Below, one piece after another: positions 1 through 9,348 of a DNA stretch of 64,000 bases. The translations under genes were made by a program, and so were the position numbers. The notes below the pieces were generated by a model. The model did not search any database and was not told the DNA's origin. It worked only from the letters and a program-made list of their open reading frames with translations. Location: NCBI GenBank assembly GCA_001689415.1, contig LUJM01000014.1:15359-79358 (forward strand). Direction: 5' to 3'. Position 1 is the first letter of the stretch; each line of letters starts with the position of its first letter. This DNA is from Bacteroidales bacterium M2. GTDB taxonomy: Bacteria > Bacteroidota > Bacteroidia > Bacteroidales > Muribaculaceae.

Positions 1-491
1 CGCGTAATGGCAAGGCGTTTGCGCTGTCCGCCCGACAGCTTGTCGACCTGCGCGTCGAGGTCGGTAAAGCCAAGGCGTGTAAGCAGTTGGCGCAAACGGT
101 CTTCATAATCCCATGCGCCGAGCTTATCCATTTTATTATACGCCTCGTGAGTGCAAACCTCATCATCCGAGAGCAAGGCGTTACGGTATTCGAGTACTGC
201 GGTGGCTCGTGGATCACAAGCATTGTCGAGGGCGGCTTCGTAAACTGTAGAACCGTTAAACTGAGGCTCTTGCGGCAGGTAGCCTATACGCATATCGCTC
301 CGAAAAGTCACCTTGCCGCTATCCGCGTCTTCCACTCCGGCAATTATACGCAGGAGCGTGGTCTTGCCTGTTCCGTTGCGGGCGACAATACCGATTTTAT
401 CGCCCTGCTCTACTCCGAAGGTAATATCGCCGAAGAGCAGGCGGTCGCCATAACTTTTGGTAAGATTCTCTATATTGAGCACATTTGCCAT
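1..491 (-). CDS. ABC-F family ATP-binding protein (Uup-like), N-terminal part; runs off window start
   Basis: Not in ORF track; manual translation from ATG at 491 gives MANVLNIENLTKSYGDRLLF..., Walker A ARNGTGKTT, Q-loop GYLPQEP, signature LSGGQRKR. Confidence 0.9.
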   Translation of the reverse strand, partial: MANVLNIENLTKSYGDRLLFGDITFGVEQGDKIGIVARNGTGKTTLLRIIAGVEDADSGKVTFRSDMRIGYLPQEPQFNGSTVYEAALDNACDPRATAVLEYRNALLSDDEVCTHEAYNKMDKLGAWDYEDRLRQLLTRLGFTDLDAQVDKLSGGQRKRLAIT

Positions 492-546
492 AAAATACTG
501 ATTCTATTTAAGTCCCTGTCACAACGACAGAAACTTTAGTCGGAAA

Positions 547-1344
547 CTAAGCCTTCTGGCGGCACATATACCACTGAACGGCTCCCACAAACAGCGCACC
601 GCCAAGGATATTGCCTATCGTAGCAGGCAAGAGATTCGACACGAACAAGTCGTAAACACTGATATCCGCTCCCTGCATCATTGCCAGCGGTATAAAGAAC
701 ATATTCGCTATGCAGTGTTCGAATCCAAGGGCTACAAAGGCGAAAACAGGTACCTCGCAAGCCATAAGCTTCTCGCCCAGACGGCGGCCGCTAAGCGCAA
801 GCCATACAGCCAGACATACACACCAGTTCGCACCGATGCCCTTGAGCAACACTGCGCCAAAACTCATACCGGTCTTGGCCGACGCAAGCTTTGCTATCGC
901 CTCGGGATACGGGCCTGTAGATAACGTACCGGGCAGATATATCAGAAAATATGCCACAGCGAGCGCCCCGACAAAGTTGAAGCACCATACAGTGGCCCAG
1001 TTGATTACTATCTTTGAAAAAGTAAGCCTGCGCTCAAACAAGGGCGGCATCAGCAAGGCATTGTTGCCTGTAAACAAATCTGCGCCAAGAACAACAACAA
1101 GCATCAGGCCTATAGGGAAAACAAGGCCCGAAAGCATCTTCTGCAATCCGGGGTTCTCGGCAGCCAGACCTGGGAAACCCGAGCCTACGGCAAGCGACAA
1201 AGCGCCGCCCAAGGCAATATACGCTCCGGCAAGAATACTTCCCAATATCAAACGCGAAAAGCCGCTGCGAGATGTGGCGGCGGCTTTATTGCATCCTGCA
1301 CCTACGGCAGCATGCAATGTTTCTGAAGGAGTGCGAACCGGCAT
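547..1344 (-). CDS. Formate/nitrite transporter (FNT) family channel
   Basis: Motifs GADLFTGN, NFVGA, GIGANWCVCLAVW, GFEHCIANM, TIGNILGG. Confidence 0.93.
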   Translation of the reverse strand: MPVRTPSETLHAAVGAGCNKAAATSRSGFSRLILGSILAGAYIALGGALSLAVGSGFPGLAAENPGLQKMLSGLVFPIGLMLVVVLGADLFTGNNALLMPPLFERRLTFSKIVINWATVWCFNFVGALAVAYFLIYLPGTLSTGPYPEAIAKLASAKTGMSFGAVLLKGIGANWCVCLAVWLALSGRRLGEKLMACEVPVFAFVALGFEHCIANMFFIPLAMMQGADISVYDLFVSNLLPATIGNILGGALFVGAVQWYMCRQKA

Positions 1345-1345
1345 A

Positions 1346-1843
1346 TTACTGTCTGTCTTCCATGCCGGCTTCGCGCCCGCGTTTTAGTTTTCGGTGTTGA
1401 CGCAATAGTCGCTGTGTAAACTGGCGCTCTGCACCCTTGAGTTGCAAAAGCTGCCGCGGAGTCAGTATTTCCTTAAACTTCTCATAGTACTCCATTTCTA
1501 TCTTGCCCTCTTTCTGTTTTTGGGCAAACACTGCCTGCGAGGCTGCCTCGAGCTCTGTATCGCTGGCATCGGCGTTATCGAGTGCCTGACGCTCGAGTTC
1601 ACGGGTCTCATCGGCTATTTGCTGCAGTTCTTCATCCATTTTATCGTAGACTGCAAAGAATTCGCGAGCCTGATCGCGGCTTAGCTTCAACTCCTTGGTT
1701 AAAAACTCGTGCTGATAGGGCCTGAGCTGCTCCATGAATTTATCACGATCGCGGCCTTGCTGTTCCTGAGGCTGAGCCAATAGCGGCGCCGCAAAAACCA
1801 GCAACACCGGCAATAGCAATATACGAGAAATTCCTGAGTACAT
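1346..1843 (-). CDS. Exported helical protein of the ECF cassette (Spy/CpxP-like)
   Basis: Signal peptide; LKLSRDQAREFF and EILTPRQ (LTxxQ-type) motifs; third gene of sigma/anti-sigma trio. Confidence 0.65.
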   Translation of the reverse strand: MYSGISRILLLPVLLVFAAPLLAQPQEQQGRDRDKFMEQLRPYQHEFLTKELKLSRDQAREFFAVYDKMDEELQQIADETRELERQALDNADASDTELEAASQAVFAQKQKEGKIEMEYYEKFKEILTPRQLLQLKGAERQFTQRLLRQHRKLKRGREAGMEDRQ

Positions 1844-1852
1844 ATCTGCTGA

Positions 1853-2332
1853 CTATTGGGGTAGTATTTGATTAGAATCTGATACAGCTGTCAAATCTTC
1901 GGAGAAATCGCTCATGTCGAAACTTTCGTCGAATAGCCCCTCGTCAACGAACTGATCTACCACATCTCGTGCCGATACTTCGGGCAACACATAGTCGTAG
2001 ACAAAGTCGTCGGTAGCCAAGGCGCTGGCAAGGACAGGATTGCGATCCATTGGCGCAAGCTCGCCTTTGCCTGTGATTGAATGAAACACATGAAGCATAC
2101 ACCATACACCGGCAAACATTGCAGCCATATAAACGTAGGGCCTCACAGTGGCCCAAAGGCCTTTGGGCGCGACGGCTTCGCTTTCCTCAAGTTCCGGACG
2201 CGGAGGCAAAACAGACGACATTCGCTCGGCAAAAGCCTCGAAATAGCCCTCGGGCACACGCATACCGGCCTCCGGACGGGCAAGTCCGGCAGTTCGGGCC
2301 TTGTCTAATATGTTTTCGTTGTTTTTTGCCAT
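1853..2332 (-). CDS. Putative single-TM anti-sigma factor
   Basis: VPEGYFE motif, one TM segment (YVYMAAMFAGVWCML), directly downstream of ECF sigma. Confidence 0.65.
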   Translation of the reverse strand: MAKNNENILDKARTAGLARPEAGMRVPEGYFEAFAERMSSVLPPRPELEESEAVAPKGLWATVRPYVYMAAMFAGVWCMLHVFHSITGKGELAPMDRNPVLASALATDDFVYDYVLPEVSARDVVDQFVDEGLFDESFDMSDFSEDLTAVSDSNQILPQ

Positions 2333-2377
2333 GAGAAATACGCTTTTCTTTCTTTGACTCTGTTTGGGCTAAAAGGT

Positions 2378-2938
2378 TTAATTATTATCTTCGAAGAATT
2401 GCTCAATTTTTTTTGTTGCAAGATGATACGAGGCTTTCAACGCACCTACTGTCGTGCCGAGTATTTCCGACATGTCTTCGTACTTCATATCATCAAAATA
2501 CTTCATATTGAACACAATGCGCTGTTTCTCGGGCAAAGTAGCCACTGCCTCTTGCAACTTGCGGGCAAGCTCGTCGCCGTCAAATTGGTGATCGGCGGCG
2601 ATATGCGACACCATCTCGGCTTCCTGGTCATCGATCGACAGGTGGCGGCGTTTGCGCTCGCGCTCGAGGAAACTTATGCTCTCGTTGATTGCGATTTTGT
2701 AGAGCCAGGTGCTCAATTTGGCATCTCCGCGAAAGTTTTCGAGCGACATCCATGCCTTCATAAATGTATTCTGGAGTATGTCGTCGGCATCATTGTGATC
2801 TTGAACAAGACGCCTTATCTGCCAGTAGAGTGGCTCGGCATATATGCGCATTGCCTCGTCGAATGCCGCACGCACCGTATCCGGACTGCGCAGACGCGCA
2901 ATCAGATCTATATTTTCTTCCGGTTTACGTGCAGACAT
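2378..2938 (-). CDS. ECF sigma-70 factor
   Basis: Region 2 DADDILQNTFMKAW...STWLYKIAIN; region 4 LPEKQRIVF...YEDMSEILGTTVGALKASYH. Confidence 0.95.
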   Translation of the reverse strand: MSARKPEENIDLIARLRSPDTVRAAFDEAMRIYAEPLYWQIRRLVQDHNDADDILQNTFMKAWMSLENFRGDAKLSTWLYKIAINESISFLERERKRRHLSIDDQEAEMVSHIAADHQFDGDELARKLQEAVATLPEKQRIVFNMKYFDDMKYEDMSEILGTTVGALKASYHLATKKIEQFFEDNN

Positions 2939-2963
2939 TGTGACTTGGTTTATGTTTCTCGGT

Positions 2964-2971
2964 CAAAATTA
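2964..2971 (-). promoter_or_regulatory. Bacteroidota -7 promoter element (TAATTTTG) for ECF cassette
   Basis: Matches TAnnTTTG consensus 26 nt upstream of ATG. Confidence 0.6.
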
Positions 2972-3051
2972 CAAAAAAAATTTAACATTCCGCCGCCCTT
3001 TACAATTTTTATAAAATGACTTGAGCCTATAGGCACAGTAGACCCATATAC

Positions 3052-3078
3052 AAAAAAAGAGGGCGCCATAGCGTCCTC
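3052..3078 (-). terminator. Intrinsic terminator after rpmE
   Basis: GAGGACGC/GCGCCCTC stem followed by 7 T on minus strand. Confidence 0.7.
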
Positions 3079-3126
3079 AGTGTGTCACGTCCTTGCGCAT
3101 GGGCCGCGACAATGCTCCGTATCGGA

Positions 3127-3378
3127 TTATTTCTTGCGAACAGAGTAGCGGCTCATGAACTTGTCTACGCGACCTGCGGTATCTACAAGTTTCTGTTTGC
3201 CGGTGAAGAAGGGGTGTGAAGCGCTGGTGATTTCAAGCTTTACCAGAGGATAGGTCACACCATCAACCTCAATTGTTTCACGAGTGGCAATGGTCGAACG
3301 GGTGATGAAGATTTCTTCGTTCGACATATCCTTGAATACCACTTCGCGATAGTTCTCGGGGTGAATGTCTTTTTTCAT
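3127..3378 (-). CDS. rpmE2: 50S ribosomal protein L31 type B
   Basis: [17 protein letters not shown]...[23 protein letters not shown]; no Zn-binding cysteines. Confidence 0.97.
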   Translation of the reverse strand: MKKDIHPENYREVVFKDMSNEEIFITRSTIATRETIEVDGVTYPLVKLEITSASHPFFTGKQKLVDTAGRVDKFMSRYSVRKK

Positions 3379-3572
3379 TTTATAAACTCTTTAATACGTA
3401 TTAATCAAGTTGTTGTGATTGGCGCTGGTAAGGCGCTTCATCGTAATGGCCTGCAAAGTTAAGCATTTTATGCGACTTAACCAAATTTTTTCGTCAAGCC
3501 ATTTATCCAAACGCACTAAAAAAGAGTTTTTTGTATTGGTTTTATAATTCTTTTTTGCGTAATTTTGTGCCT

Positions 3573-4247
3573 ATGGATATTCAATTCGACAATAATATAT
3601 GCCGGGCCGTACCCGGCTTCGAGGTACTGCTGGTCGAGGCCGATGTTGTCAATCCCCCCACGCCCGACACCCTTTGGGCAGAGATTGACAATGCCTGCGC
3701 TAATATCAGAGACAAATACGCTATCGAAGACATTCGCCACAGGCCTGCTATCGATGCAACCCGGACGGCTTACAAAGCCTGCGGAAAAGAGCCAAACCGC
3801 TACCGACCGAGTGCCGAAGCCCTTTGCCGTAGAGCCGTAAAGGGCCTCGAGCTATATAGGTCACTAACCCTTATCGACCTCATCAACCTGCTGTCATTAG
3901 TCACAGGACACTCTATCGGAGGCTTCGACACCGACCGTTTTGCCGGTACCACCCTCACCCTCGGTATCGGGGCTGAAGGCGAACCATACGAGGCCATTGG
4001 CCGCGGCGAACTTAATATCGCCGGCATGCCGGTATATCGCGATGCCGTCGGCGGGGTAGGAACTCCGACATCCGACAACGAGCGCACAAAACTATCGCCC
4101 GAGACAAGGCACATCACCATGACTATCAACCTCTACGGACCGGGCGAGCACAGCCACGAAGAAATCGAAGCCCTGACTCAACGGCTGCTCACCGAATATG
4201 CCATGGCCGAAAATATAAAAATGACTTACAGGAGGGTATCGCAATGA
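3573..4247 (+). CDS. Stand-alone B3/B4 (PheRS-beta editing-like) domain protein
   Basis: PNRYRPSAEAL, IDLINLLSL, SIGGFD, GTPTSDNERT; start set at ATG 3573 behind TAATTTTG (3560-3567). Confidence 0.85.
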   Translation: MDIQFDNNICRAVPGFEVLLVEADVVNPPTPDTLWAEIDNACANIRDKYAIEDIRHRPAIDATRTAYKACGKEPNRYRPSAEALCRRAVKGLELYRSLTLIDLINLLSLVTGHSIGGFDTDRFAGTTLTLGIGAEGEPYEAIGRGELNIAGMPVYRDAVGGVGTPTSDNERTKLSPETRHITMTINLYGPGEHSHEEIEALTQRLLTEYAMAENIKMTYRRVSQ

Positions 4248-4855
4248 GGATATTCAAAAGCTATGGCAACACGCCCGACTCTCGCACTATAAGCGAGGCT
4301 GCCGAAGCAATCCGGCAAGGACAGATTATCATTTACCCTACCGACACTCTCTACGCCTTTGGCTGCGACGGACTCAACAACCGCGCTATCGAACGCTTGT
4401 GCCGACTCAAAGGCATCGAGGCTTCGAAAAACCTGCTGTCGATCGTATGCTCCGATATTTCCGAAGCTGCCGAATATGCTCGTATCGACAATGCCGCATA
4501 CCGCACCATGCGCCACTACCTGCCGGGGCCGTATACTTTCATCCTACCGGCATCGCTCAAGCTGCCAAAGGTATTCAAAGGACGCAAAAGCGTAGGCATA
4601 CGCATCCCCGACAATGCCTTTGCCCTCGCACTCGTAGCCGAACTTGGCCGTCCGATTATGACATCGTCGGTCAACGTCGACGAGGACGACGACATCACCG
4701 ACCCCGAAGCACTTGCGCTGAAATACGACGGCTACCCCGACCTCGACCTAACCGTAGACGGAGGCCGAGGACAGAGCATCGGCTCCACTGTCGTTGACCT
4801 CTCCGACAGTACCGATCCCGTCATCATCCGTCAAGGCCTCGGCCAATTCGAATAG
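4244..4855 (+). CDS. Sua5/YrdC/YciO family protein (YciO-like)
   Basis: YPTDTLYAFGC, PGPYTFIL, RKSVGIRIPD, STVVDL; ATGA overlap with upstream gene. Confidence 0.88.
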   Translation: MRIFKSYGNTPDSRTISEAAEAIRQGQIIIYPTDTLYAFGCDGLNNRAIERLCRLKGIEASKNLLSIVCSDISEAAEYARIDNAAYRTMRHYLPGPYTFILPASLKLPKVFKGRKSVGIRIPDNAFALALVAELGRPIMTSSVNVDEDDDITDPEALALKYDGYPDLDLTVDGGRGQSIGSTVVDLSDSTDPVIIRQGLGQFE

Positions 4856-4879
4856 GCCGACACCATTATCTACAGGCAC

Positions 4880-4916
4880 AAAAAACGGCACCGGGACGCA
4901 TCCTGATGCCGTTTTT
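4880..4916. terminator. Bidirectional intrinsic terminator between YciO-like gene and ackA
   Basis: AAAAACGGCA...TGCCGTTTTT inverted repeat between convergent genes. Confidence 0.8.
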
Positions 4917-4936
4917 CATTATTGTATATCCTATGT

Positions 4937-6139
4937 TTACTTCACAAGTGCACGGGTATCGCGAGCGATAGTGAGCTCTTCGTCGGTGGGGATAACACAT
5001 ACCTTAACCTTCGAAGCAGCCGACGATATCACAGTCTCTGTACCACGGGTAACAGCATTGACTTCCTTGTCGATTTCAACGCCCATAAATCCGAGGGTAG
5101 AGCAAACATCTGCACGGAGCATAGCCTGGTTTTCGCCAACGCCACCGGTAAACACGATGATGTCTACACCGCCCATTTCAGCTGCATAAGCACCGATATA
5201 TTTGGTAATGCGGAGCATATACATATCGAGGGCGAGGCGTGCACGCTCGTTACCGGCTTCGATAGCTGCGTCGATTTCGCGCATGTCGCTGCTGACACCG
5301 CTCACACCGAGAACACCGCTCTCTTTGTTGATGATAGTCTGCATCTGCTCGGCATTAAGGCCGTGCTTTGTCATCAGGAATGTAAGCGCTCCGGGGTCTA
5401 CGTCGCCAACACGAGTACCCATCATAAGGCCTTCTACAGGAGTGAGGCCCATAGATGTGTCTACGCACTTGCCGCCGTCAACAGCTGCCATCGAAGCACC
5501 GTTGCCGATGTGGCAGGTGATGATACGCTGCTTGGTGGGGTCTACGCCGAGGAATTCGCACACACGACCACTCACATAGCGGTGGCTTGTGCCGTGGAAG
5601 CCGTAACGACGAACGCCGTCTTCGGTATAATATTTATACGGAAGAGAATACATAAATGCCTTGGCGGGCATAGCCTGGTGGAAAGCGGTATCAAACACAC
5701 CAACCTGGGGTACATTGGGCATCAGCTCGGTGATAGCGTCGATACCGGTCATGTTGGCAGGGTTGTGCAGGGGCGCGATATCGTAGCACTCGCGGATTTT
5801 TTCTTTTACTGCGTCGTCGATAAGCACGCTTTCGCTGAACTTCTCGCCGCCATGTACTACGCGGTGACCTACAGCCTCGATTTCGTCATACGATTTGATG
5901 CAGCCGTCGGTAGGATCGGTAAGTTTGGCAAGGATAGCCTTGATAGCCTGCAGGTGATCGATAAGGCCGAGTTCGTCGATAGCCTTGCTGCCGTCGGCTT
6001 TTTTATATTTGAGGAAACCGCCGGCGAGACCGATTTTTTCTACACCGCCTTCGGCAAGAGTTGCATCATTCGAGCCGTCGAGGTCGATGAGCTTATATTT
6101 TACCGAGCTACTGCCCGAGTTAAGTACAAGGATTTTCAT
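4937..6139 (-). CDS. ackA: Acetate kinase
   Basis: LVLNSGSSSVKY, GHRVVHGG, APLHNPAN, RRYGFHGTSH, DTSMGLTP, FTGGVGEN, PTDEE. Confidence 0.98.
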   Translation of the reverse strand: MKILVLNSGSSSVKYKLIDLDGSNDATLAEGGVEKIGLAGGFLKYKKADGSKAIDELGLIDHLQAIKAILAKLTDPTDGCIKSYDEIEAVGHRVVHGGEKFSESVLIDDAVKEKIRECYDIAPLHNPANMTGIDAITELMPNVPQVGVFDTAFHQAMPAKAFMYSLPYKYYTEDGVRRYGFHGTSHRYVSGRVCEFLGVDPTKQRIITCHIGNGASMAAVDGGKCVDTSMGLTPVEGLMMGTRVGDVDPGALTFLMTKHGLNAEQMQTIINKESGVLGVSGVSSDMREIDAAIEAGNERARLALDMYMLRITKYIGAYAAEMGGVDIIVFTGGVGENQAMLRADVCSTLGFMGVEIDKEVNAVTRGTETVISSAASKVKVCVIPTDEELTIARDTRALVK

Positions 6140-6145
6140 AGCTTT

Positions 6146-7159
6146 TTATTTCTTTTTAAGACCGATAGCCTGGTTACAAGTGATGATGATAGTCTTGTAG
6201 ATGTCTTCGGGGAAGCATCCGCGGCTGAGGTCGTTGACAGGAGCGGCAAGACCCTGAAGTACGGGACCTACGGCCTGCACGCCGCCGAGACGCTGCACCA
6301 GCTTGTAGGCGATATTACCAACTTCGAGGTTGGGGAATACGAGCACGTTGGCACGGCCGCTCAGAGGGCTGTTGGGTGCTTTGGCTGTTGCTACAGAGGG
6401 AACGATAGCTGCGTCGGCCTGGAGTTCGCCGTCGAGAATCAGACTGGGATCAAGCTGATGTGCAAGCTCTGTGGCCTCGATAACCTTGTCGACTTTCTCG
6501 CTCTTTGCCGAACCCTTGGTAGAGAACGACAGGATAGCCACACGGGGCTCGATACCGGCGATGTCGCGGGCTGTCTTTGCCGACGAAACGGCAATCTGGG
6601 CCAATTCGGGTGCGGTAGGATCAGGAACAACGGCGCAGTCGGCAAAGATAAGGATGTCGTTTGTACCGTATTTCGAACCCTTGGGAAGGAGCATCACGAA
6701 TGCACCCGATACAACACTGATACCGGGCATGGTCTTAATAACCTGGAATGCGGCACGGAGCACATTGCCGGTGGTGTTCATAGCACCTGCAACCTGGCCG
6801 TCGGCATCTCCGGCCTTTACCATAAGGCAGCCGAGATAGAGGGGGTTGGCTGTAGTAAGGCGGGCTTCGTCCATTGTGATACCTTTCGACTTGCGGAGGT
6901 CGTAGAAGAGGGGCGCATACTTGTCGATCACGGCCTCATCGGCGGGGTCTACAATTGTGGCACGGTCAAGATTCTTTAGACCAAGCTCTTTACCCATATT
7001 GAGCACGTCGGTGGGGTTGCCGATAAGGATGATTTCGGCGAGGCCGTCGGCGATGATGCGGTCGGCGGCAGTAAGGGTGCGAGGTTCGAGACCCTCGGGC
7101 AGGACGATGCGCTGGCGATTGGCTCGCGCATTCGCGGTTAAATATTCTATCAGATCCAT
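6146..7159 (-). CDS. pta: Phosphate acetyltransferase
   Basis: RIVLPEG, FADCAV, LSFSTKGS, DGELQADAA, GNIAYKL, VNDLSRG; adjacent to ackA. Confidence 0.98.
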   Translation of the reverse strand: MDLIEYLTANARANRQRIVLPEGLEPRTLTAADRIIADGLAEIILIGNPTDVLNMGKELGLKNLDRATIVDPADEAVIDKYAPLFYDLRKSKGITMDEARLTTANPLYLGCLMVKAGDADGQVAGAMNTTGNVLRAAFQVIKTMPGISVVSGAFVMLLPKGSKYGTNDILIFADCAVVPDPTAPELAQIAVSSAKTARDIAGIEPRVAILSFSTKGSAKSEKVDKVIEATELAHQLDPSLILDGELQADAAIVPSVATAKAPNSPLSGRANVLVFPNLEVGNIAYKLVQRLGGVQAVGPVLQGLAAPVNDLSRGCFPEDIYKTIIITCNQAIGLKKK

Positions 7160-7237
7160 TATGTGATAAGTTAGTTAGATTGCGGTTTCAGCGGTATCGC
7201 CTCTTCTTTTCGAGCCAACACCTGTGTTTTTCATCTG

Positions 7238-7245
7238 CAAAGATA
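7238..7245 (-). promoter_or_regulatory. -7 promoter element (TATCTTTG) for pta-ackA
   Basis: Exact TAnnTTTG match in upstream intergenic region. Confidence 0.65.
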
Positions 7246-7440
7246 ATGAATATGCTCGAAAAGCGGTCTATCTTTTCACTCTTTTTTGGTGCAATTTTGT
7301 GTACTTGGGGGTAAACTATATACCTTTTTAAAATGTTTGAATACAAAAGACTGAATTTGGCAGGAGCTCAACGGCTTTTAGCATCCTGCTCCGGGCAATG
7401 TCGATTAAATTGTTTCAACTAACACAAAATTTTTTCACCC

Positions 7441-7611
7441 ATGTCGAATCATCGCACACGCAAAACAAACCGCACCTCTGTATGGGTAGCGATAGCTGCT
7501 ATATTTCTCATTATATTGCTTATAATCTGGCTCACCTTTGCCGACCTTACCGGCAATACTGACGTGGCTGCATTTATCGCGCCGTACATCGTCAAAGCCC
7601 CTGTAGGTTGA
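7441..7611 (+). CDS. Small single-pass membrane protein (56 aa), not in ORF track
   Basis: MSNHRTRKTNRTS-VWVAIAAIFLIILLIIWLTFA-DLTGNTDVAAFIAPYIVKAPVG*: basic N-terminus followed by a clean TM helix. Confidence 0.6.
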   Translation: MSNHRTRKTNRTSVWVAIAAIFLIILLIIWLTFADLTGNTDVAAFIAPYIVKAPVG

Positions 7612-7667
7612 CAATACGGCCTGCATTTCCGCTCTTTTCAAATTACCAACAGACAAAAACTATAGTT

Positions 7668-7970
7668 ATGGATTCAATGCTATCGGTAAGTTCTGAATAT
7701 ATCGGCTTTTTCGTATGGCTCTTATGGGCACTGATAGGCGTATTTTGTGCTCTTGTCGCATCAAGGATAACAGGACGGCGGTCGCTGCTATTCGACATCA
7801 TCATAGCAACGGTCGCGGCAGTGCTCGGCGGCTATCTGTCGACACAGTTTTTAGGCAATACACCCATGCAGCTGTTCCTCATCTCGATACTTGCCGCGGT
7901 ATTCTCTGCCGGTATCATGATGTGGATTACCGGAACCCTGATGATACATTTCAGCAAAAAGGACGAATAA
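7668..7970 (+). CDS. Small membrane protein, GlsB/YeaQ/YmgE (transglycosylase-associated)-like
   Basis: Three hydrophobic segments; WALIGVFCALVASRI...DIIIATVAAVLGGYL pattern. Confidence 0.6.
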   Translation: MDSMLSVSSEYIGFFVWLLWALIGVFCALVASRITGRRSLLFDIIIATVAAVLGGYLSTQFLGNTPMQLFLISILAAVFSAGIMMWITGTLMIHFSKKDE

Positions 7971-7971
7971 G

Positions 7972-9342
7972 TTACCCGAACAGTTCTCTGAAGGCGTCGG
8001 CAACCTTGGCCACCTCGTGAATACGAATGGTGAGCTTCGAGGTGTCGAAGCCTTTAATATTGCCCTGAGGTATTATGATATCGGTCATGCCAAGTTTCTG
8101 CGCCTCGCTGATGCGCTGCTCTATGCGCGTCACCGGGCGTATTTCGCCGGTAAGGCCCACCTCGCCGGTCATGCACCAGCCTCGAGGTATTACCATGTCG
8201 ACGTTGCTCGACAGTATCGCGGCTATTACGGCAAGGTCAAGGGCCGGGTCGTTCACTTTGATACCGCCTGCAATGTTGAGAAACACGTCCTTGGCTCCGA
8301 GTTTGAAGCCAACGCGCTTTTCGAGCACGGCGAGGAGCATGTTGACGCGCTTGGCATCATAGCCGGTAACAGACCGTTGCGGGGTGCCGTATGCCGCCGT
8401 GCTCACAAGGGCCTGAATCTCCATTAAGAACGGTCTTATACCTTCGAGAGTAACACCGACAGCTACGCCCGACAGTTCTTCGCCGCCATGGCTCATAAGC
8501 ATTTCCGAGGGATTCGACACCTCGCGGAGGCCGCGTTGCACCATTTCGTAGATACCTATTTCCGACGTGCTGCCAAATCGGTTCTTAATCGCCCTCAACA
8601 AGCGGTACATATATTGGCGGTCGCCTTCGAACTGCAGCACTGCGTCTACTATATGTTCCAGTACCTTGGGGCCGGCGAGCGTGCCCTCTTTATTTATATG
8701 TCCGATAAGAAGCACCGGCACACCTGATTCTTTGGCAAACTTCAACAGCGAGGCTGCGCATTCCCGCACCTGCCCCACACTTCCTGCCGACGAGTCAAGG
8801 GTCTCGGTGGCAATAGTCTGTATCGAATCCACTACAAGTATCTCAGGCTCAACATCCTCTATGTGCTTGAAAATATTTTCGAGCGATGTCTCGCAAACAA
8901 TAAACACATTGTCGCTACCACGCCCTATACGGTCGGCTCTGAGTTTGAGCTGGGTAGAACTTTCCTCGCCCGAGACATACAATATACGGCGATTGCGAAT
9001 AGCAAGAAGGTTCTGAAGCACCAGGGTAGATTTGCCTATGCCGGGTTCGCCGCCGAGCAAGACTATAGATCCGCGCACGAGGCCGCCACCCAACACACGG
9101 TTGAGTTCTTCCGACGGCATATGGATGCGGGGCTCGTCAACGGCCTCTATCTGATTGACAGGCTGAGGCTTCGACCTGCCTTTAGAGGACAGAGGCACTG
9201 CCGACGTGGGCGACGCAGGCCCGACCTTTTCTTCGACCATAGTGTTCCATGCTCCGCAGGCCGGGCATTTGCCAACCCATTTGGGAGAATCGGCTCCGCA
9301 CGAGGTACAGAACCACATCGTCTTCATCGCTTTCTTTGCCAT
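7972..9342 (-). CDS. radA: DNA repair protein RadA/Sms
   Basis: C4 Zn finger CTSC...CPAC, GEPGIGKST, KNRFG, Lon-like C-terminus. Confidence 0.98.
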   Translation of the reverse strand: MAKKAMKTMWFCTSCGADSPKWVGKCPACGAWNTMVEEKVGPASPTSAVPLSSKGRSKPQPVNQIEAVDEPRIHMPSEELNRVLGGGLVRGSIVLLGGEPGIGKSTLVLQNLLAIRNRRILYVSGEESSTQLKLRADRIGRGSDNVFIVCETSLENIFKHIEDVEPEILVVDSIQTIATETLDSSAGSVGQVRECAASLLKFAKESGVPVLLIGHINKEGTLAGPKVLEHIVDAVLQFEGDRQYMYRLLRAIKNRFGSTSEIGIYEMVQRGLREVSNPSEMLMSHGGEELSGVAVGVTLEGIRPFLMEIQALVSTAAYGTPQRSVTGYDAKRVNMLLAVLEKRVGFKLGAKDVFLNIAGGIKVNDPALDLAVIAAILSSNVDMVIPRGWCMTGEVGLTGEIRPVTRIEQRISEAQKLGMTDIIIPQGNIKGFDTSKLTIRIHEVAKVADAFRELFG

Positions 9343-9348
9343 GGTATA

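Noticed and set aside
4922..6979. 685-aa plus-strand ORF
   Set aside because: Antisense shadow of ackA-pta; no recognisable motifs.
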